Source: an uncultured Nitrososphaeraceae archaeon (GTDB lineage: Archaea; Thermoproteota; Nitrososphaeria; Nitrososphaerales; Nitrososphaeraceae). From it: DNA of 48,526 nt. Under the pieces are notes generated by a model. The model saw nothing but the letters and a program-made list of their open reading frames with translations, did no database searches and had not been told where the DNA came from. Shown here in pieces: positions 42,275-48,526 of this stretch. Location of the stretch: NCBI GenBank assembly GCA_963729045.1, contig CAVSMN010000005.1, forward strand, positions 1 to 48,526. Direction: 5' to 3'. Within the stretch, counting starts at the first letter, position 1, and each line of letters starts with the position of its first letter. A program made the translations under genes and the position numbers.

Positions 42275-42433
42275 AATAAAAATATAACTTTTGCAATTAA
42301 AAGATTGTACACCATATGCTACTTTCAGTAAAGATAAAAAAATGGCGAATTCGATGCGTCTACTCATGCTAAATAAGATATTTTGGGTTTACATAAAAAC
42401 TTAATATTTCTGATTTACTTAATTAAAATATAA

Positions 42434-42646
42434 TTGGGGATTATTGTAACTCTAATCCTGATAGTAATGATAGGGCTCGTAATTTTGGGAATAGGATGGA
42501 CAAATTTTTTTTCTGCTATTATGAAAGGTGCTGACAAGGTAACAGAAATCCCAGTGGTTAAAAATATAACCGATACTGCCCATTTTGAGTTGAAAAAGAT
42601 TCTGAATAATGTTTCAAACGATGTGGTACGCAATATTGGAAATTAG
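42434..42646 (+). CDS. Small single-TM membrane protein
   Basis: MGIIVTLILIVMIGLVILGIGW.NFFS....GADK: N-terminal TM followed by an amphipathic helix. Confidence 0.7.
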   Translation: MGIIVTLILIVMIGLVILGIGWTNFFSAIMKGADKVTEIPVVKNITDTAHFELKKILNNVSNDVVRNIGN

Positions 42647-42740
42647 AATTTCCTTGTAGGTTTTCACATTGAAATAGAAAATATATGACTATTAAGCCTG
42701 TAAACTAATGTATTTTTATAATATAATCTAAAAAAATTAT

Positions 42741-42893
42741 TTAATGGCTATGACCACATCCACAACCTGCATGGCCACCACCGCTGGTATTCTGTTGTTG
42801 TTGCTCTACACAAGTAGGGCATTTAGATTGCTGAGTTTCTGACATAAACGTAGTTCCACATGAAGAACATTTCATTTTTTGAATTCCTTCCAT
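42741..42893 (-). CDS. 50-aa zinc-ribbon protein with His/Cys-rich tail
   Basis: MEGIQKMKCSSCGTTFMSETQQSKCPTCVEQQQQNTSGGGHAGCGCGHSH*. Missed by the ORF track. Confidence 0.85.
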   Translation of the reverse strand: MEGIQKMKCSSCGTTFMSETQQSKCPTCVEQQQQNTSGGGHAGCGCGHSH

Positions 42894-42961
42894 AACAGAA
42901 TTCGGTTCTCAAACTAATTAATAGTTATCTATGAACAATCAGGTCGTGGATATAAAAAAAA

Positions 42962-44983
42962 TTATTTCTGTATTTGGGTGGAATATTGATTATGGGTATA
43001 TCTACGTCTAAATCCAAAAGGCTTAAACGGCTTTCCATTTCCGTGATAGAATTTTGAGAAAAATTCCACATACAGCAACCTAGCTCCCTGAATGCCCGGT
43101 TCAAATACACCTAATATGATATTGAACAAATGTCCTACTACCAGGATTACGATTCCTATTATCAACCATATTATTCCATTATCAGAGACCCTGATGAATA
43201 CATGATCTATTACGTCAGCCAAGATGATCGAAGCCATCATTATGCCGATAAGCCTAGTAAAAGACAATATATGGCTTATTATTGATGGTAATTCCATCAT
43301 GGCTCTAGTTCCTTCGCCATAAAACATTAGCCCAATACCGCCAAATATCAGTACAAAATACACCGCTCCTTGTACACTGGCAGTAGGATTGATATTTTCA
43401 TGGCCTATTAACGCTAAACCAATTAACGCAACACCCCATCCAAACATGAGCCAACCGACTTTTCCAATTGCATGTCTCTTATTTCCGTGATTAATGTTAT
43501 TTATGATACCAAGAATGAATCCAAAAGAGACCATGCCCAATCCTATGTATCCGCTTAAAAGCAATAATTTGCGTAGTCCCCATGTTGATATAGGATCAAA
43601 TATAGTGCCATCTTCTGGCAAGTGAAAACCGCCAATACTATTAAGGAAATCAAATAAATATTGATTCAAATGGAACCCGAAATAAAGGTTAAAGCAGAAG
43701 CCTAGCACAATTGCTACTATACACCCAGGAGTAATAGCCTTCGCAATTTTGACCATTTGAACAGGTTTCAGTATTGTCAAACCGAATTTCCTAATAGGTT
43801 TAGGCATAATAGTAAAGCCTTTATGTCCTCCCTCAATTCGCCAGATTACCCATCTTGAAACTAATAGAATCACAATTGCGTAACCTACATCAGCAAACAT
43901 CATCCCGTAAAATACTGGAAAGACAAGAGCAAACACAAGTGTAGGATCAAATTCATTGCCCGATGGCAGGGAGTAAAATCTTATGAAGGATTCGTACACC
44001 CTTGTGCGCTTTGGGTTATTCTGCAGAGTAGGCGGAACTTCATTTGTTTTTAATACAAACATAACGGTTCCTTTGCTGTGCTTCTCAATCGTAGCCTTCG
44101 TCTCGTCAATCAGAGATTGGGGAATCCAACCTTCTAAAGTAAAAGTGTCATGGGTGACCCCAAGATTATCGATTACTTCCAGTTTTTTATTTTCAATATC
44201 CAGTTGTTCCTCTAATCCTTTTAGCAAAGAATAATTTGCTTGAGAAATTGCCAATAATTGATTGTCTATTTCTTCTAATTTCTTTTCCAGTGCCTCAAGA
44301 TCATGTTTTAGATTTTCTATAACTTCACTGGGCTTACCTTTTAAAGGGGGAACTGCTTCCATGTGAACGTTATAAAGATTAATAATTGATGCCAATGCAT
44401 TTGAAGGATAATGGGGTAAGACAACTAAAACAAATTCAGTAATTTTTTCACCCTCTTTTGAATATAATATTATATCCTGGTTATTAGATTCAAGTTTTTT
44501 CTTAAATTCAGAATATTTTTCACTAGCAATACGCCCGAAGAACGAACGGGCAGATTTGAGATGTAAGACATCTAAATCGGCTGGAAAAAATGAAAATTCT
44601 CCTATTAGTTTGATATTATTTTGTGCATTTCTTATCTCAGTTAGTATATTTTCTTTATCTCTTTCAAGTGTGGCTACATTATTATCAATATCAAGACGTA
44701 ATAACGCATTTTCCATTTCATTTATGGATGGAAATCTAATCTTTTCCCCTAAGGAAGTGGGAGGAAGTGTACTAAGCAATCCTCTTATTCGAATTAATTG
44801 ATCACCAATATGTCTGTGAGATTCACTTTCCTTCTCAGGTCTCAAGTAAGCCGATATTTCTTTGGAAATTTGTTCAATTTGAATAACACTCATTTCCTGC
44901 AAAATTGATACAACCTGCTGTCTATATTTTTTCAAACCCAAGACAGCTATCTTTGACATAGCTTCAGGTCTTAATAATGTCAA
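42962..44983 (-). CDS. atpI: A/V-type ATP synthase subunit I (a)
   Basis: LEGWIP, PPT...N, DPT...FP.FYGMMF.D.GY, SHILSFTRL (essential Arg), RL.YVEFFSKFY.G.G..F.PF. Confidence 0.97.
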   Translation of the reverse strand: MTLLRPEAMSKIAVLGLKKYRQQVVSILQEMSVIQIEQISKEISAYLRPEKESESHRHIGDQLIRIRGLLSTLPPTSLGEKIRFPSINEMENALLRLDIDNNVATLERDKENILTEIRNAQNNIKLIGEFSFFPADLDVLHLKSARSFFGRIASEKYSEFKKKLESNNQDIILYSKEGEKITEFVLVVLPHYPSNALASIINLYNVHMEAVPPLKGKPSEVIENLKHDLEALEKKLEEIDNQLLAISQANYSLLKGLEEQLDIENKKLEVIDNLGVTHDTFTLEGWIPQSLIDETKATIEKHSKGTVMFVLKTNEVPPTLQNNPKRTRVYESFIRFYSLPSGNEFDPTLVFALVFPVFYGMMFADVGYAIVILLVSRWVIWRIEGGHKGFTIMPKPIRKFGLTILKPVQMVKIAKAITPGCIVAIVLGFCFNLYFGFHLNQYLFDFLNSIGGFHLPEDGTIFDPISTWGLRKLLLLSGYIGLGMVSFGFILGIINNINHGNKRHAIGKVGWLMFGWGVALIGLALIGHENINPTASVQGAVYFVLIFGGIGLMFYGEGTRAMMELPSIISHILSFTRLIGIMMASIILADVIDHVFIRVSDNGIIWLIIGIVILVVGHLFNIILGVFEPGIQGARLLYVEFFSKFYHGNGKPFKPFGFRRRYTHNQYSTQIQK

Positions 44984-44998
44984 GATAAAGGCTCCATA

Positions 44999-45334
44999 TT
45001 ACTTAATTCCTGAAAGTAAAATTTCCATTATTTCTTTCATCATTGTTTGATAGTAATGAAAAGAAATGTTCTTTGCCTTGGTTTCAGCCTCAGAAATAGT
45101 TCTTTGTGCTTCTTCGTTTGCTTTCATTCTTGCTTTCTCTATACTGGATTCAACCAGTAATCTTCCTTCATTTTCAGCATTTGCAATTGAATCTTCCAGA
45201 TCTGCTTCAATGGCTTTGATCTGATTTTGCACTTCTACTTTACGCTCGTCTATTTCCTTTTGGACTTTATCTTCAATCAGCTTAATTTGTTCTAATGATT
45301 TAATATATTGTTCCTGATCTTGAATATTTGACAT
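44999..45334 (-). CDS. atpH: A/V-type ATP synthase subunit H (G)
   Basis: 111-aa charged coiled-coil (IK.IE...I..A..EA..II.EA..KA) directly upstream of atpI. Confidence 0.85.
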   Translation of the reverse strand: MSNIQDQEQYIKSLEQIKLIEDKVQKEIDERKVEVQNQIKAIEADLEDSIANAENEGRLLVESSIEKARMKANEEAQRTISEAETKAKNISFHYYQTMMKEIMEILLSGIK

Positions 45335-45345
45335 TTTCTAGTTTA

Positions 45346-45370
45346 CTCCAATTAAATATCGTATAATAAA
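45346..45370 (-). promoter_or_regulatory. Internal promoter (TATA) and SD-like GGAG upstream of atpH-atpI
   Basis: On the minus strand, TTTATTATA at -36 to -28 and GGAG at -15 to -12 from the atpH ATG, in a 151-bp gap after atpD. Confidence 0.5.
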
Positions 45371-45485
45371 TACCAACAAAATAACTGTTGCAATAACATT
45401 TCCAATTTTTATTGCCCTAGTAATTCGATAAAATTTTCTCTGTTTATCATTTGAAAAACCTCTAAAATCATTCCCATTCATATCT

Positions 45486-46151
45486 TTATACATTTAACTC
45501 TGGTTCAACCTCTCTCAATTCTTGCATCTCTCTTTCACCCATCTTTCTTTTTACTGTTTTTAACATTATAAATGTGTCACGCTCTATTTCTTCTAATCTA
45601 AATGTAATAAATTTCACGGCATCCATCAATCTTGGAATAAAAACGTTCTCTATGGCATTTGATTTCCGTTTTGTCCTCTCAATTTCATAAAGGAGTTTCC
45701 TTAATGCAGTTTCTTTTTCTGCAACATCCAAGACAATTTTATGAACTCTATTGAAGGAACTGATTGCTTCATTAATGGAAGTAGGTAATTCCAACAAATA
45801 TTCCTCATATACCTTATTTTGACCACCTTCAAGTCTAGGAATATGTACACCCATTATGCTTTTGGATTTCACATATAGTTTGCCCATCATAGGTAACTTC
45901 ATTGATTCATTTTCTAATCTCATAGACCCAGCCAAAATTTCCGCCATCCTTATTGACTCGTATCCCTTGATGAGCTCGGTTTGTAAATTTTCTCGTAAAG
46001 CTGCAGCAGTTTTACTTGTATTAAAAAATTCCAATATAAGCGCTTGACGTTTTAATTTTAACAATTTAAGCCCTTTTCTTGCTATTAGAATCCTACGTTT
46101 TGTGCGTATGTACTCTAATCTTGTGGGCCTAATATCCGCAATAGAGGGCAT
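45486..46151 (-). CDS. atpD: A/V-type ATP synthase subunit D
   Basis: PTR.E....K.R...A.KG.KLLKLKR.AL, MGV.IP, EIE.TKR..NAIE.V.IP, LEE.ER..F..LK. Confidence 0.97.
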   Translation of the reverse strand: MPSIADIRPTRLEYIRTKRRILIARKGLKLLKLKRQALILEFFNTSKTAAALRENLQTELIKGYESIRMAEILAGSMRLENESMKLPMMGKLYVKSKSIMGVHIPRLEGGQNKVYEEYLLELPTSINEAISSFNRVHKIVLDVAEKETALRKLLYEIERTKRKSNAIENVFIPRLMDAVKFITFRLEEIERDTFIMLKTVKRKMGEREMQELREVEPELNV

Positions 46152-46157
46152 TTCTTT

Positions 46158-47567
46158 CTATTGCTCCTCTTTTTCTTCTTCTTCTAGAGTTATGGATTTT
46201 TTCCTATATTTTGCAATAAACTCTGGCTTGATACGCTTCATTTCAGATTCTGGAAGATCAGACAATAGTTCCCAACCAATAGAGAGGGTTTGTTCAATGG
46301 ATCTATTTTCATCGATACCTTGATTAACGAACTTTCTCTCAAAATTATTTGCAATTGCCAGGAACTTTCTATCTATCTCACTTAATGCCTCTTCTCCTAC
46401 AATTGCAGTGAGGGCTCGAGCATCCTTACCCTGAGCATATGCCGCATACAACTGATCGGCAAGATTTCTGTGATCTTCTCGAGTTCTTCCACTTCCTATT
46501 CCCTGGTTCATTAACCTGGATAAGCTGGTAAGAACATCCACTGGAGGTTGTATATTTAACCTATGCAGCTCTCTGCTCATAACTATTTGGCCCTCCGTGA
46601 TGTACCCAGTCAAGTCAGGGATCGGATGAGTAATATCATCAGCGGGCATAGCCAAAATCGGAATTTGGGTCACTGAACCCTTTCTTCCTTTTATTTTTCC
46701 GGCCCTTTCATAGATTGAAGCAAGATCGGTATACATGTACCCTGGGTATCCCCTTCGACCAGGGACTTCTTCTCTGGCCGCGGATATTTCCCTTAAAGCT
46801 TCGCAATAGTTAGTCATATCAGTCAAGATTACAAGTACATGCATTTCCCGTTCGTAGGCGAGAAATTCAGCGGTAGTCAAGGCTAATCGAGGTGTGAGAA
46901 TACGCTCCATAGATGGATCAGAGGACAAATTAAGGAATAATACACTCCTTCCCAATGCGCCACTTTCCTCAAATTGCTTTACAAAGAAATTGGACTCCTC
47001 ACTTGTGATACCTATTGCAGCAAATACAACAGAGAAAGATTCTGAAGAACCAAGAACTTTGGCTTGTCTAGCTATTTGAGAGGCCAAAAGATTATGAGGC
47101 AAGCCGGCACCTGAGAAAATTGGGAGCTTTTGACCTCGTACTAGAGTATTCATACCATCAATGTTAGACATGCCGGTTTGAATGAATTCAGATGGTTCTT
47201 CTCTAGAATAAGGATTAATTCCTGATCCCACAAGATCATATCTTTCCTTAGAAATAATTTTTGGACCATTATCTCTAGGGTTACCCAACCCATCAAAAGT
47301 CCTTCCTAACATTTCATCAGAAACAGAAATCATTGCAGTTTCGCCTGTAAATCTAGTAGATGTATTATCAGTTCCAAGTCCATAAGTTTGGCCAAATACT
47401 TGTACAACTGCAAGTCCTTCCCTTGTATCCAACACTTGTCCCAAACGTCTCTCTCCGTTGGCTAATTTTATCTCAACCATTTCACCATAAGCAGCATCTT
47501 TGACTCCCTCAACGAAGATTAAAGGTCCAGCTATCTTTGAGAGATTTTTATATGCTATCTTAGACAT
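46158..47567 (-). CDS. atpB: A/V-type ATP synthase subunit B
   Basis: IQTG...[72 protein letters not shown]. Confidence 0.98.
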   Translation of the reverse strand: MSKIAYKNLSKIAGPLIFVEGVKDAAYGEMVEIKLANGERRLGQVLDTREGLAVVQVFGQTYGLGTDNTSTRFTGETAMISVSDEMLGRTFDGLGNPRDNGPKIISKERYDLVGSGINPYSREEPSEFIQTGMSNIDGMNTLVRGQKLPIFSGAGLPHNLLASQIARQAKVLGSSESFSVVFAAIGITSEESNFFVKQFEESGALGRSVLFLNLSSDPSMERILTPRLALTTAEFLAYEREMHVLVILTDMTNYCEALREISAAREEVPGRRGYPGYMYTDLASIYERAGKIKGRKGSVTQIPILAMPADDITHPIPDLTGYITEGQIVMSRELHRLNIQPPVDVLTSLSRLMNQGIGSGRTREDHRNLADQLYAAYAQGKDARALTAIVGEEALSEIDRKFLAIANNFERKFVNQGIDENRSIEQTLSIGWELLSDLPESEMKRIKPEFIAKYRKKSITLEEEEKEEQ

Positions 47568-47568
47568 T

Positions 47569-48526
47569 TTAACGAGAAACCTCCATCAACAATTCTTTAA
47601 ACTGGTTCTTCATATTTATCTTGATTTCTTCTACTTGTTGTTCAACCCCCTCTTCCTTGGTCCATTTAATCATAGACAAGTCTTTTCGTGTCCCAATAGA
47701 ACTTATTTTCGTGGACGTTACGCCCTTCTTTATAGCATCTTCCTCTAATCGGCCAAATTCCAATATGGTTGACAACATCAAAAACTGCTTTTTTATCGAT
47801 GTATATGTGTCAACCTCATCGTACGCACTTTGTTGCAGATAATCTTCTCTAATAGAACGAGCTGTATCTAAAATACCTTTTTCAGGTTCAGGGAGGGCAT
47901 CATATCCTATTAGTTGAACGATTTCCTGCAACTCTGATTCTCGCTGCAAAATACCTAGTGCTTCTTTCCTCAATGTGGTCCATTGCGGTGAAATATTATT
48001 CTTGTACCATTCATCCATATCGTCGGCGTATAATGAGTAACTTGTTAACCAATTTATAGATGGAAAGTGCCTCCTTGACGCCAAATTAGCGTCTAATCCC
48101 CAAAACACACGTGTAACCCTCAAGGTATTTTGGGATACAGGTTCAGAAAAATCTCCACCAGGCGGTGAAACTGCACCAACTAAGGTTAAAGATCCCACTC
48201 TTTTTTCTGGGGAAATAACAACTGCCTTTCCGCCTCTCTCATAAAATTCAGCCAGACGCCTACCAAGGTAAGCTGGATATCCCTCCTCGCCTGGCATTTC
48301 CTCAAGTCTACCTGAAATCTCTCTCAATGCTTCAGCCCATCTAGATGTACTGTCTGCCATCAAAGCAACATCGTATCCCATGTCTCGATAATATTCCCCC
48401 ATTGTTATCCCAGTGTAGATACTAGCCTCCCGTGCAGCCACCGGCATGTTAGAAGTATTAGCAACCAAAATTGTTCTTTCCATTAGAGGCCTCTTTGATT
48501 TTGGGTCTTCGAGTTCAGGGAAGGTA
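47569..48526 (-). CDS. atpA: A/V-type ATP synthase subunit A (5' part outside the window)
   Basis: FPELEDPK...[67 protein letters not shown]. The frame is open to the window edge. Confidence 0.98.
   Translation of the reverse strand, partial: TFPELEDPKSKRPLMERTILVANTSNMPVAAREASIYTGITMGEYYRDMGYDVALMADSTSRWAEALREISGRLEEMPGEEGYPAYLGRRLAEFYERGGKAVVISPEKRVGSLTLVGAVSPPGGDFSEPVSQNTLRVTRVFWGLDANLASRRHFPSINWLTSYSLYADDMDEWYKNNISPQWTTLRKEALGILQRESELQEIVQLIGYDALPEPEKGILDTARSIREDYLQQSAYDEVDTYTSIKKQFLMLSTILEFGRLEEDAIKKGVTSTKISSIGTRKDLSMIKWTKEEGVEQQVEEIKINMKNQFKELLMEVSR

Overview
AT-rich (roughly 30% GC by eye) archaeal chromosome segment. Gene content points to an ammonia-oxidising Nitrososphaeraceae member, most likely Ca. 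Nitrosocosmicus: methylmalonyl-CoA epimerase, a PPOX F420 enzyme, MEDS and stand-alone receiver proteins, a PQQ sugar dehydrogenase, a cupredoxin, small Zn-finger proteins, and largely leaderless genes with TATA boxes. The first ~35 kb is low-density accessory DNA with many small redox/sensory genes, decayed gene fragments, a tRNA-3'-like att scar, an orphan DUF2283 gene and a compact IS6 remnant flanked by an unusually long 26-bp direct repeat. The right end holds core genes and the intact 3' part of an A/V-type ATPase operon in Thermoplasmatales-like order (A-B-D-H-I). Many otherwise intact genes carry a single 1-nt indel, which may be real decay or assembly error. The best leads are a hidden ~730-aa fusion of 9 TM helices to a Venus-flytrap domain, two related stem-loop elements sharing an 11-nt motif, a PQQ dehydrogenase with a vicinal Cys-Cys at the substrate loop, a MEDS/wHTH/membrane-Mrr-like locus with iterated GTAAY sites, and several small genes missed by the ORF track. 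All family calls come from motif recognition by eye, not database searches.
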